Positions 50,610-62,562 of a DNA stretch of 64,000 bases are shown piece by piece; the first letter of the stretch is position 1, and each line of letters begins with the position of its first letter. Made by a program: the position numbers and the translations under genes. The DNA comes from Octopus vulgaris. Taxonomy: Eukaryota. The stretch covers positions 108,376,001-108,440,000 of the forward strand of contig OX597819.1 of assembly GCA_951406725.2 (NCBI GenBank), read 5' to 3'. The notes below the pieces were generated by a model that was not told the origin of the DNA, did not search any database, and was given only the letters and a program-made list of their open reading frames with translations.

Positions 50610-51440
50610 GATAGTGTGTAAGGTTCCAATGACAAAAATATAGGAGGAATGGTGAGCAAAGTAGACAAATAGCTCCAAAAATAGTTGGGTATTTCTCTTA
50701 GTTATAGTTCAGTAGGCCTGTACATAAAAACTGGATGGCTCCAACTCCCTTTGTCATCTATGGTGGAGGAATTCAAGGCAGAAAAATGTAGAGTTGTAAT
50801 AACATACATGGACTCCCAGGCTGAGTGTGCCAGGCATACAAGTTTCACTACAAGTTCAAGACACAAGTGTGTAGTCAGCATCACTGCTGCACAGGCTGAA
50901 ATTATGCTGAAGGTAAGCAACATCATTGGAATTACAAGCACAAGACAGGAGTGTTTTGGTTTGTATCATTTCCAACAATAGAAAAAGGCAGGTGTCAAGA
51001 CAATGAGAGCCATGATCCAGGTATATGTACAGTACCCAGAGGAAGAAAGGATAAGGTTAAGAGCTGTGGAGCTAGTATCCTAAGGAGTCTGGATTAAACG
51101 GGATCGTAGAGAGAAGGGGTGGCAGTCATAGCTATTCCCAGTCAAGGACTGGTGTAGGGGATTTCCTGCCCAGTCAGTATTTGGAATGATTACAGCCATT
51201 GGAATAAGAGGTAAAGAACAAAAGGTAGCTGAGTAGAGGCTGGGAGAGACAATGGGAAGAGCCGCTTGATGGTTATGGAATAAGAGAGAAGAATTAAGCA
51301 GGATGCTCTGAGGAGATGATGAGCAGTGATTTGGATATTATTGCAAACCAAAAACGGGAGAGTGTCACAGTTCAGGATCAAAACATCCAGTGGTCCTTGG
51401 ATAGCATCTGATTAACATCAGTTCCTCTTGGACAAAGCTA
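50610..51440 (+). mobile_element. HERO-like (R2-group, RLE) non-LTR retrotransposon fragment
   Basis: LGISLSYSSVGLYIKTGWLQLPLSSMVEEFKAEKCR..QAE..IIG, and downstream GW..LFPV../GCRGFPAQSV RLE-like motif. Confidence 0.7.
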
Positions 51441-51720
51441 CCAAAAGTGAATGAAGTTTCTTTAAGATATTATCAATATCGTGAATATATATATGACTCA
51501 TGGATTGTTAGACAACTACACACACACACACACACACACACTAGGGAGAGATGGAAGGGGAAATAACTCTTAACATTATTCAAGGTACATAATTTCCGAT
51601 TTTGTCAAGCTAAACAGTGTGATAATAGTTAGTGACTTTGGGTAATTATCAACCATTTCGATGAAATTTTTTAAATATTCAGAGGTAGTACTAAACATTT
51701 TATTCATTTTGCTTTAGCAG

Positions 51721-51830
51721 GTTTGATTAAACATAAGCTACATCGTGTCACACGAAAATTCGTTATCACCAATACAATTTTATCGTTAATGGTGTCCCTG
51801 CTTGCAAGGGAGATAATCATGATCAGGAAG
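51721..51830 (+). other. Candidate 110-nt exon in a CpG-retaining unique segment
   Basis: tttattcattttgctttagcag| acceptor, AAG|gtacga donor, one open frame LIKHKLHRVTRKFVITNTILSLMVSLLAREIIMIRK. Confidence 0.3.
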
Positions 51831-53058
51831 GTACGATATATAGATTTTGTAGGAAAGGCCCTGATGTCTTTATTTTGAGTCAAGGAGGGAAACTCTCCAC
51901 CTGCAGCTCTCGGACTGGTAAATACTAGACCCCACCCTCTCTCATCTCTAATATTAGTTCAACATTTTGACGCGTCTTTTTCTCTTTATTAATGATGTTG
52001 ACTAGTTTTAAAAATTGGAAAATCATCTAAATTTTACCAGCAAAATCTTATAAAATGGCAATGTTCTAAGAGATGTACATGTTTATATGTGATATATGAA
52101 AATAAAAATTTTACTCAACATGGCAATTTATCAGCCCCCTTTTCAATCCGCACGCCCCCACCCCTCATTGAAATATACCCCTCTCCCTCATAATGAATAT
52201 TGCTCTATGCAATTGCACAACTTGCTGGAAATACCAACCAAATTTCTCTGAAAATCACACCTCAGTACCTTAAAAATGGAAAGATACTCAATACTCTAAC
52301 TCTGAAAGATAAAGAATAGTCTCAATTGAACATCCTTCATCAGAGGTTTGATTCACAAATGAAAAAAAAAATGGTCTTCATTGGAGTCGTTAATCAGTCA
52401 TAAGGAACTAAGCTTCATCAGGGTTGGTCTGGGGCTTAAACAACAACAACACTTGCTGCTGCTGCTGCTACTACTACTACTACTACTACACCCCTATTTA
52501 ATTCTATTTTAGGAACTTTAGAATTTATTTTAGAATATGAAATTGCATTGTTGTGTTCTTCAAACATTATACAAAACAAATACATATGTTTTTTAGCATA
52601 AAAAAGAAAATAAAAACATAGAAAACTGGTAGTAATTGCTACTTTGGTTATATCCTAACAGTCAAACTAACAAGATGGCCGCTACTGGATTGTTTGCCTT
52701 GCTAGAATAGGTACCATATTTACCTTAAATCATACACTGCTGTTTTAATAAAAGAAACATACTAGACTATATACTCTCAGATGCATTATGTCTAAAAAAA
52801 AAGGACAAGGAATCAATGTTAGAACATCTTTGAAAACATACCTTGTCAATTAGGGCTGCCTTGAAATATGAGGAGTTACAAACTCAACCTTGAGAAGAAA
52901 ATTGACAATTTATACCCAGCTATTACAGACATTATATTTCTGTAAAGAAATAATATCTAAATGTTTGTACTCTCAGCTTATGGCTCAGTACCTACAAATT
53001 TAACATTCTCACTCTTAGACACTTTAGATATTCAACCATTTGTCTTCACAACGTCAGG

Positions 53059-53089
<31 letters not shown>

Positions 53090-54379
53090 AATTCTTCCCC
53101 TCCATTTAAGTTCCACTTCTGTTGACATAGTTTTCTTCAGAACCTCAATTTCCTATCTTGCTTTGAACCCACCTTTCTTTCTAATGGCTGAACTTAAAAA
53201 TTACTTAAAAAACATCAATGCTATTTTTTTTTTAATTCTTAGGATTTATTTAACTTCCCTAAGTTAGTTTACACTCTCAGTGTTAGTCTCTCACTCAGTT
53301 TCGTGGCATTTCTGCAACTTTTTAACAATTCAATTCTTGAGAAACTTGAAAACTTGCCCGATGTTGAGCTCACTTTGATATCCATGGCCCAAACAATTCG
53401 GATGTCTAATTTATATAAATAGTTCTCTTTATTTCTCTCCTTCCTTTCTTTCATGCATGCTCTCCTTTGGTAAGCAACATTCTCTTCTTTCTAACATGGA
53501 TTAGTTCTAAGAAGGAGGTGGGTGAAGCTCTACAGCTATGTGGAAGGGATTTGTATTGTTAGTTCCAAAGTGGGGAATAGCAGAACAGAGAGATTTTGAC
53601 GGTTTACTGTTAAAACACATTTTCCCCACCTTTTTTTGTCTGAGGAAGAGAGTTTCTTACATTCAAGAAAGTAGGGCTCTCATCCTCCTGTTTTGTAACT
53701 GCTTAGGTAATAATATACACACTTCTAGGATATGCTCCCAAAATCTACAAAATCAAAATTATATGGTCAATTGAATTTTGTCCAAAAATTTATCAGTCCA
53801 ATCCAATCATCTCCACTATCCTGAAAACAAGGGAAAATGCCAGCTTCTAACTATGACAGATTTGAGGAATCGAGAAATTTTAGTTGATTAAATCATTGGC
53901 AATACTTGATGCAGCACTTCATTTTATAGACCCTGGAAAGAAAGAAGGACTAAGTTGACATTGCCAGGATTTGAATTCAGAATGTAAGGAGGAACAACGA
54001 AATAATATAAGGTCAGGTATTCTACAATTAAAGTATGAAAAATGGTAGTTCTTAACATGGGCTTGAATCTAGAAATTTGTAGGAAAGTGTTAAGTTGACT
54101 GAGTAAATTTTAGTACATACCTGGTACTTATCTTATCAAACCTCCATCACAAAGAAAAAGGCAAATACCCATTTTTTAAAATCTGTTAAGTCAAGAGAAG
54201 TCTTCAAGACTGCTGGCTGGAAAGAAGGAAAGAATTTTCAAACCGGCAGCCTGGCCCAAATACTTGCAGCAAAGTGGACTCTACAAAAGGCACCTTCAGT
54301 ACCTTTAGCAGAGTTCACTTTGTTGATAGTGTTAAAATGGGTGACTGTATCTTGGATGCCTTCAAGGCATAGTCATTTA

Positions 54380-54721
54380 TTCTTTTACTTGTTTCTGTCA
54401 TTTTGACTGTGGCCATGCTGGAGCACTGCCTTGACCTCAGGACTTATTTTCTTAAGCCTAGTACTTATTCTATCAGTCAATTTTGCCAAACCACTAAGTT
54501 ATGGAGACATAAACACACCAACACCAGTTGTCAAGCAGAGATGAGGTGACACACACATATACAACAGGCTTCTTTCAGTTTCTGTCTATCAAATCTACTC
54601 ACAAGGATTTGGTTGGCCCGAGGCTATAGTGGAAGACACTTGCCCAAGGTGTCATGCAGTGGGACTGAACCTGGAACCATGTGTTTAAGAAGAAACTTCT
54701 TACTACACAGCCATGCCTGCG
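54380..54721 (-). mobile_element. SINE family C copy
   Basis: Reverse complement of 39854-40268. Confidence 0.82.
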
Positions 54722-55609
54722 ATTGTTAATTTTTAGTGTAGGCTTTGTATCACACTACCCAGTTTAATTCCTTATTGCCATAGCTTTGTGAAAGAGCTCA
54801 TATTTTAGTTATAGTCTATAGGTTCACAGCCTATTGGAATTCTCAAATGTATTACTATTTCTGCTATTGCCACTTCTCTCAAGCAATGAGATATATAGAT
54901 TTTTTAACTTTGGCTCAAGGCCACAAATTTTGGAAAGAAATTTAGCCTATTTAATCAACCTCGGAACTTGACTGGTAATTGCTTTATTGACTCCGGATGA
55001 ATGAAAACTAAATCTGAACTTGGCAAGGTTCAAATGCAGCACATAAAGGGACGTAACTAAACAGCGCAAGGTTTTCGTTGCTCCTTTGATTTTGCTATCC
55101 TGCGTCATCAGCCAACTTTTCTTCATACTACACCTTACTGTCTTGAAAAAAAACATACATTTTGATTATGTAGTCCTAGATGCATTGTGTCTAAAAAATA
55201 ATGAGTAATCATACTGGAATTACTTTGATCATAGGTCTAGTTGATTATGGCTGGCTAAACAACACACAAAACTACTTCCTAACTAGATGATAAATTAGAA
55301 GTATTTTTTTTTATTCATGTAGAGAATGCGGGAGATTATATATATAATATAATGAAATTATTGTATACAGTGCTCAGGTGCACCACAATGGGTAGATATA
55401 GTAGGGTAGATATAGGCAATTATTTTTTATGGGAACTCAGAATATAAATGGACGTAACTGAATATCACAGGGGACTTTATCCAATTTTCTACCTATTGAT
55501 TACAACATCTACCATGGTCAACCATACGAAATATTTTTAATTTAATATCATAAACAGTTCGGGTCATGTTTATCTATAGCTACCATCTGGATTGTCTCCC
55601 TTTAATATA

Positions 55610-55994
55610 TCTTTATATATAAAAGTGAGGTTGTGTGCTGTCTGTCTCCTATGATTTAGATTCCTAACTACTCCCACATTTTGCGGTGCAGTTTAACCAA
55701 AACCGGGTATCTTATAGTCGTGATTCATATCGAGCCCTTCTGGTTATTAGCGTGCGTCTACGATTTAAAAAAAAATTTACCATCAATTTTTCTCATTTTT
55801 AATGCATTTTTGGCATATATAAGGGAAGTAACTCTCTAAAAATTTATTAAATCTCAGAACGTAAAAAGCTACAGTAACACCCCTCCCCCTTTGTGGTTAG
55901 CCATATTGAGATGGCTATTATACTTTACATCTCTAAAAATGCTTATATAGTTATTTCCCTTACAAACCCGAGCAACGCCGGGCGATACTGCTAG
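55610..55994 (+). mobile_element. Non-autonomous Helitron (385 bp)
   Basis: A|TCTTTATATATAAAAG 5' end; 3' hairpin CCCGagcaacgcCGGG then atactgCTAG|T; no TSD. Confidence 0.88.
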
Positions 55995-56282
55995 TTTATA
56001 TATATATAATAGATAGATAGATAGATAGATATTCTTTTCTACTCTTATATCCCCACAATTTTATGCCCTTATACTTAACCCTTAGAGTGTAAAAAATTGG
56101 TCCCTCTATTCATGTCTTTATTTGAACCCTTATTGTTGTTTAATCCTAGATTAACGCGGATTGGATAAATCTATACCGAAAGGCACTCAAAGAGTATCTT
56201 CTTGTCTTTGTGTAAGATATAAAGTTTCCAGGATACATCATCCTGGATACATATATCTTTTTCCGTTTTTGATATAGTAGAG

Positions 56283-56535
56283 CAGTGGTTCCCAAGGAGT
56301 TCTTTTGTTTAAATAAATTTTCCCACATTTCTTTGGCTTTTGATGCATGTTTACTGAATAATAATTTTATTGACTAATAGCAAACTTGTTTTCCCAGTTT
56401 CATGTCTTAATTTAGCAATATATTTAAATGAATAATTGTATGTATGTCATTAATTATACATTCCATGCTACAGCACCTTTTAAAATTCACAGACCATCAG
56501 TATTACTTTTACAGAGTCCAGGTTGAGAACTACTG
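56283..56535. mobile_element. hAT (Charlie-like) MITE
   Basis: TIR CAGTGGTTCCCAA / TTGAGAACTACTG (11 of 13); 8-bp flanks tagtagag / tagttggg. Confidence 0.7.
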
Positions 56536-57380
56536 TAGTTGGGAGATATGGCTATCATTTCTAACAGGTCAAATGACCATGTAGAGCCCAGTGCCTTGCT
56601 TTGGGTCATGTTGTGTTATTTAGCCCCAGGTCAAATGTGATATGAGTAAATCTATGATCAATGGCTTTACAGCCTTTGATCATAGATTCCCCTGATTCTT
56701 TTTAGGTTACATTTTCTGTGTCCTTAAAGTGTGATTTGAATAAGATTTGGCTATTATTTGTAACAGATCAGGCAACCATATAGCAGCTCTTTCATCAGTT
56801 CACAGTGTTGTTGTGATTGTCATTACTGCTGTTGCTGTAGTTTAACCCCAGGTCAACTCTAACAGTACTGACAAACCTATGATCAAAGACTTTTCTAACA
56901 AGTCAATCTCACATATCTTAGAGGTCCTACAAAGACCATAGGCACAAGTCCTTTTTCCATTAACTTATCCAATATTCCCAATTTATAAAATAGTTGGGCA
57001 TGTTTGAGGAAGATTTGGCTGCAGTTTCTGGCAAATGATCGTGTAAACTCTTTTTAACTTGTCATTGCTGTTGTTGATGGTGGTGATGGAACCTTATTAT
57101 TATACATCTTTATCAATCACAACTGGAGTAGAATGCTTTACATAATGAAACACAAACATAATAACGACTGTAGGAAGAGGTGGTATCTATTATACATCTT
57201 GATAGACTGTGGTGCTTCCCAACCACATGATTTCAAATTCAGTCCCACAATGTGGAAACTTAAGCTTTTATTGGAGCACTTATATATAAACACAACCATA
57301 TATATAAGGTACAAACATGGCTGTGTGCTTAAGAAGTTTGCTTTCCAATACAACACTTTAGGCAAGTGTCTTCTACTTTT

Positions 57381-57790
57381 GGCAGACACCCATAAAATTA
57401 TTAACCATCTTACAAACAATAACTCTGAGCACCTTTTCAAACTCCATCTGTCTAACACCTGTGGACATGTTTACAAAGTCAGAAAACAGCACAGCTCCCA
57501 TGACTTTAGGAAACATTTTTTCATGCTGAGAGTTGCTGAAGCATGGAACAAACTGCCGGCATCAATTGTTAGTTGTCGGAGCACTGCATCCTTCAAAACT
57601 TCCATGCTTCCTGAAATTCGCCAACACTACACCTGATTTTCTCCCCTCCATACACACGCAAGCATGTATGTGACTCATACCCTGTTCACTTTCCAGACAT
57701 TTGTACATTACTGCATATACTTTATACGCACTTTTGACAAGTTGTGGTGCACCTGAGCACTGTATACAATAATTTCATTATATTATATTA
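57381..57790 (+). mobile_element. Young CR1 LINE 3' end nested in a family C SINE
   Basis: KIINHLT..TCGHVYKVRKQHSSHDFRKHFFMLRVAEAWNKLPASIV..FK is a CR1 ORF2 C-terminus; the SINE resumes after the tail at about 57790. Confidence 0.85.
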
Positions 57791-57920
57791 TAACCCCAGG
57801 CTGCTCAAAGCCTCGTGAGTAATTTTGGCAGATGAAAACTAAAAGAGCCCATCATGGGTGTGTGTTGTGCTCTACTAAAAGCATGATTAACAAGCAGTAT
57901 GGTGGGTGTCACTTCAGCTG

Positions 57921-58200
57921 TGAAAGCACATGGCTTAGTGGTTAGGGTATTCGGCTCACGGTAGTGATTTCAATTCCTGGTAGCACATTGTGTCCTTGAG
58001 CAAGACACGTTATTTCAATTGCTCATGTCCTCTCAAGGGTCAGTCTTGCCACATTCTGTGTCATGCTGAATCTCCCTGAAAACTACATTAAAGGTGTGGC
58101 TGCTTGTGGTATCTCTGTTTGGCAGGAAGCGCAAACAGCCGTAAAATAATGCCTTAGTAACATATTCATTTAATCTATGCAAGCTTGGTAAAATGAGCAT
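57921..58200 (+). mobile_element. tRNA-derived SINE, further family
   Basis: GAAAGCACATGGCTTAGTGGTTAGGG A box, TTTCAATTCC B-box remnant, ttgtgtccttgagcaagacac core. Confidence 0.7.
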
Positions 58201-58985
58201 AATTGAATAAACAAATGACAAAAAATAAGATTTATTTTCATCAGTATATATAAAATTGTTTATTCAACTTACTTGTAAAGAATTCAAATCAATAAGATTT
58301 TACACCTCCACAAAAATTACTCAAAATTACTCCCTACAAATTTCAAAACACAACATACACAATGAGAAGAAAATATGTTTAATATTATTTCTTCATCTTT
58401 TTCAAGAAATGATAGTGGGGAGGGAAATATGAAAGATAACTCTAGACATATTCTATTTGCATTTAGCTTTATCAACAGAAGTACGCCATTGCTCAAAACT
58501 TGCCAAAATTTTAGCGAATGAATCATTAAGTAAGCAAAACAAAAGAAATATGTATTTGTTGCTTTAGGGAAAGAGAATTGTTTAGATATTAAATAATTCT
58601 ATGACACAATCCGCATAATAAATATTAGCAAAGTGTATGTCTGCATATTTGACACTGGGAATATTCAAAAGCTAAAATAGGGCTAAGTAAGCAATGAGAG
58701 TAAAACATCATTAACTGATGATGACTAATATTGTTTCTTTTTTTTTTTCAGGGAACTGCTTCCTGCTTTTGTTTAGAAAAGTTATTATTTCAAAACCATT
58801 CTCCTTATATATATATATATGTATATATATTATGGGTATATATATTATGGAGATGTACTTGCATAGCAAGTGATTTGATCTGAGATCGTGTGCTGAAACG
58901 AAAACAATTGCAGTATGGAAGGTGTTTGTAAGCCATTTAAGAAACACACAAAAGCCGTTTGATTCACTTCAATATTCAAGTTTAA

Positions 58986-59036
58986 TTTGTCAAAATATTT
59001 TCGTCACTTTAAGACTGTGACCTGTTCACTGACAAA
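58986..59036 (-). ncRNA. Variant type I hammerhead motif (G3-C8 core)
   Basis: TTTGTCA GTGAACA G GTCAC-agtcttaaa-GTGAC GAAA ATAT T T TGACAAA. Confidence 0.55.
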
Positions 59037-59055
59037 AATCCATGCTGCATGGATT

Positions 59056-59105
59056 TTTGTTAGTGAAGAGGTCGCTGATTTTAGCGGCGAAAATATTTTG
59101 ACAAA
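59056..59105 (+). ncRNA. Variant type I hammerhead motif (G3/G8, probably decayed)
   Basis: TTTGTTA GTGAAGA G GTCGCT-gatttt-AGCGGC GAAA ATAT T T TGACAAA. Confidence 0.5.
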
Positions 59106-59230
59106 TTAAACTTAAATGTTGAAGTGAATCGAATGGCTTTTGTGTGTTTCTTAAATGGCTTACAAACATCTTCCACGCTGCAATTGTTTATGTATATATA
59201 TGTATATATATGTGTGTGTATATACATATA

Positions 59231-59556
59231 TAAAATAATAATAATAAAGGGTAAAATTAATTGATTAATTAATAATTAATAATTTTTACCAAGTAGTTCA
59301 GTATTTTAAAAGAACCATTATTGGTAAACTTATGCAAAGGTTCTATAATTATGAGTATAATTATAATTAGGGTTCAGCAAAATTTGCTTCACCACTGGAG
59401 ATATCTTATGGTAGTAGATATCTTATAGTAGTTTAACTGCTATTTCTATAGTAGTAGATATCTTATAGTAGTTTAACTGCTATTTCTAAATTTTGGTATG
59501 TGGTGAAGCAAATTTTGCAGAACCCTAATTATAATTATACTCATAATTATAGAATT
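59231..59556. repeat. Second (TA)n-flanked foldback element
   Basis: 54-bp inverted repeat 59341-59394 / 59501-59554 (one mismatch); 40-bp tandem duplication in the spacer. Confidence 0.75.
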
Positions 59557-59569
59557 TATATATATATAT

Positions 59570-59622
<53 letters not shown>

Positions 59623-61764
59623 TATCATCATCATCGTTTATATGACTCCAAACATATATTCAAACTTTAAAAAAATATTTAGAAATTGCTATCAACAATT
59701 TTCTCTACCATTTTAATAAAAACAAGTGTTTTCACCATTTTCTTTTATCCTTATTTTTATTTCTGTATACACACACACACACAGTAGAAGAGAGAGGCTT
59801 AAAATGACATGTGACAAAGGTAATGAAGATTAATCTCAAGAAGCTGAGCCACCCAGAGGAAATGATGAAGAACTGCAATAAGTAGTGATGAGCTATGCTG
59901 AACAAGTCCTGCCCACCCATGCTAGCATGGTAAAACAGATGTTAAAGTGGTAGATGAGATAGAAATTGAGATGTTTAATATATCTCTATTTGGGCATCTC
60001 ACCCATTATGATCCTTTTTAAGTCCATATCTATTGCTCTTCTCTTTCCTATTCACTATACCATAATGCCTATGTAATGAAGAATGATATTGGGTTTGTCT
60101 GTTTGAATTCCCTCACCATCACCCCTTTATCACTCTACCTCACTTTCATTTTGCCACTTGTGCAGTAAGGGATAGTATTAGATCTGCCCACATTCAATTC
60201 TGTTTGCGGTCATCTATTTTTTTTACTGCTAGCAATCACTCTCTGTCCTCAATGTCACTATTTACTAACATCCACCATTCTCTCTTAGCACCACCCATCT
60301 CTATGGCTATCCATCACTCATTCTCTCTCACCATCACACATCTTTATTGTTAGTCTTCAATCTTTCAACACACACACATGCACACAGATATGTACATGCA
60401 TACACACACACACTCACTCACTCACAAACACACACACACACAAGCACTCACGCAATCACATACAAACATATACACTCACATACTCACACAGAAACACATT
60501 CACACATATATATGCACACTTGTACCTACATATATACACCACTCATATATTTACTGTCAAGCTGTTAATGTTCAAACTGAACACGATAACCATGTCAATC
60601 TCACTAGTTTGAGCTTTTTAGCCCTTCCCCTCCTCTACCTAACATTAATGACACACCCATCTCTGTATGCCTTAAATCAAAGACATACAGTTATTAAGGC
60701 CAGGTTTGGCTCTGATTAAGCAGAATTATAATCAAAGGCATAATAGCAATGGCTATCTTAACTTTCTTTTCTTTACATGTTTAAATAGCTAAGTTTACAT
60801 TATAAAACAAATCTCTTTTAAGACTGTAAAGCTGTGATTTGGAGACGATTTGGCTGCTATTTCTAGCAAACTGAATAATGACAATGCTGTGACTCTTCCA
60901 TTAACCCAGAGACAGTGTTATGCAATGAGTGCACAAAAGCTTTCCAGAGATAAATTATTTGTGTTTTTTTCAGAACTGCTGCACACGCAGTCGACTTGAC
61001 TATCTAGGAACTGGTTTGATGGTAATGAATCTTGCATGCAAGATATACTCTGGAATCTGTACAACTTTTCCAAGAACTGGCGGATAAACAAAAATTATTT
61101 CATGATGTAGTGGTTCAGAGATGAAAGGAATATAGCATAGAAACAACCTCACAATATGTCATGAGAGAGAAAGTTAAGATTTGCTGACTCTTAAGATAAG
61201 AAGAGATTCTATTTTTGTATGAAGCTGACCTTTTTTACAAGACTTCCAAAGATGACAGAGGGGAAAGAACTCCTGACTCATGAGTTTCTTCAATAGGAAG
61301 TAGAATATCATGTTAGCTATAGACCAAATATCTGGTCAGAATGCTTGCAACAAAATGAACTCTGCTCAAGTAATGGTTTTAAAGTAGATGACTTTCTTCC
61401 ATACAGCTTCTATCTTTCCAAATGCTCAGGAATGTTTCCTCACTATTTGCATGGCAGATAAAATTTACAAATCTTCTGAACTTATCAAAATAGGAAATTT
61501 TACACAGCAAACACTGATTAAGTTTTACTTCAAAACAATAAAGAACCAGCTGAATTAATAGTGTTGGTATGTAGAGTCATTTGATGGGTACATGGTATGT
61601 TTTCCAAATAGGCCCACTTCTCTTCAGAATACAACAAAAAGTTAACTACTGACTCTCACTTTAAAAAAGATGTTGGCATCTACTTAATGTAGTGGCCACA
61701 GATCCATAATATAATTTCACACAAAGACATAAAGATGGCAAATAAGGAAAATGTGAAAAATGAT

Positions 61765-62070
61765 ATACGACAAGCGTGATCGTTACCAACATTGCTTCAC
61801 TGGCACCTGTGCCAGTGGCACATGTAAAAAGATTCAAGCGAGGTCATTGCCAGTACCGCCTGATTGGCTCCCATGCTGGTGGCACATAAAAAGCATCCAC
61901 TACACTCTCGGAGTGGTTGGTGTTAGGAAGAGCATCCAGCTGTAGAAACTCTGCCAGATCGAGATTGGAGCCTCGTGCAGCCGTCTGGTTCGCCAGCCCT
62001 CAGTCAAAATCGTCTAACCCATACTAGCATGGAAAGCAGACGTTAAATGATGGTGATGATGATGATGATG
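61765..62070 (+). mobile_element. RTE 3' UTR/tail, 5'-truncated
   Basis: Two hairpin units, then aaaagcatccactacactctcggagtggttgg..ggaaagcagacgttaaa(tga)n. Confidence 0.85.
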
Positions 62071-62192
62071 ACTTGAGATGAAAATGAACTGGTAAGCAAC
62101 GATTTATTCTCCATTATAAAATACAATGATTGCCATAATGAAATAAAATAAATATAACAGGTTACAACAAGGATGTGTGAGAGGCTTCGTGG

Positions 62193-62562
62193 TTAGGCTG
62201 GACTTTTGATCTTGTAGACATAGTTGACGTACTGCTTGGTGGTGTGTAGAGGCAGCCGTTGATCTGTTGGTTGTGTGGTGTTCATACAGCAACAATGTAG
62301 GCAGGTGTCTGGTAGAGGTGAAAATGGAGACTGGCTGGTGTCAGATACATCATTGTCAGAGACGTGTTGCGTGTGGTCAGTGGCATGTGCCAAAGACCTA
62401 GAGCAGTTGTGAACTGTCATTCTTATAGAGATCAGTTGGTTCCTAGAGCTGGTGATAAATTTCCCATGTAAGGAAAAAACAAACTGTTGCGCCAACACGA
62501 TTGGACAGCTGGAAACCGACCAATACAAAGAAGTTCGGCTATTCACAAAGTCATGTGACCTG
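62193..62562 (-). CDS. Candidate terminal coding exon of an unidentified host gene
   Basis: ccttttcattccag|cag| acceptor, about 121 stop-free non-repetitive codons (SHDFVNSRTSLYWSVSSCPIVLAQQFVFSLHGKF..CLHCCCMN..KQYVNYVYKIKSPA*), higher GC than the flanks, AATAAA about 85 nt after the stop. Confidence 0.5.

Larger units (their letters stand above)
58845..59190. mobile_element. (TA)n-flanked palindromic Penelope-like pLTR pair
   Basis: Arms 58902-59045 and 59047-59189 are inverted about T59046; the left arm extends about 55 bp further to a TA run. Confidence 0.7.

Noticed and set aside
51804-51832. Similarity to U1 snRNA stem-loop I (GCAAGGGAGATAATCATGATCAGGAAGGT)
   Set aside because: No ATACTTACCTG 5' end, no stem-loops II-IV and no Sm site; the aagggagataa motif also occurs elsewhere in the window (about 24751).
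57133-57636. 167-aa ORF as a host gene
   Set aside because: It is a chance fusion of SINE sequence with a CR1 ORF2 C-terminus.
55342-57788. Perfect 47-bp inverted repeat 2.4 kb apart, suggesting TIRs of a DNA transposon
   Set aside because: Both arms are the 3' tail of the same young CR1 family in opposite orientations, and the interior is a mosaic of unrelated repeats.
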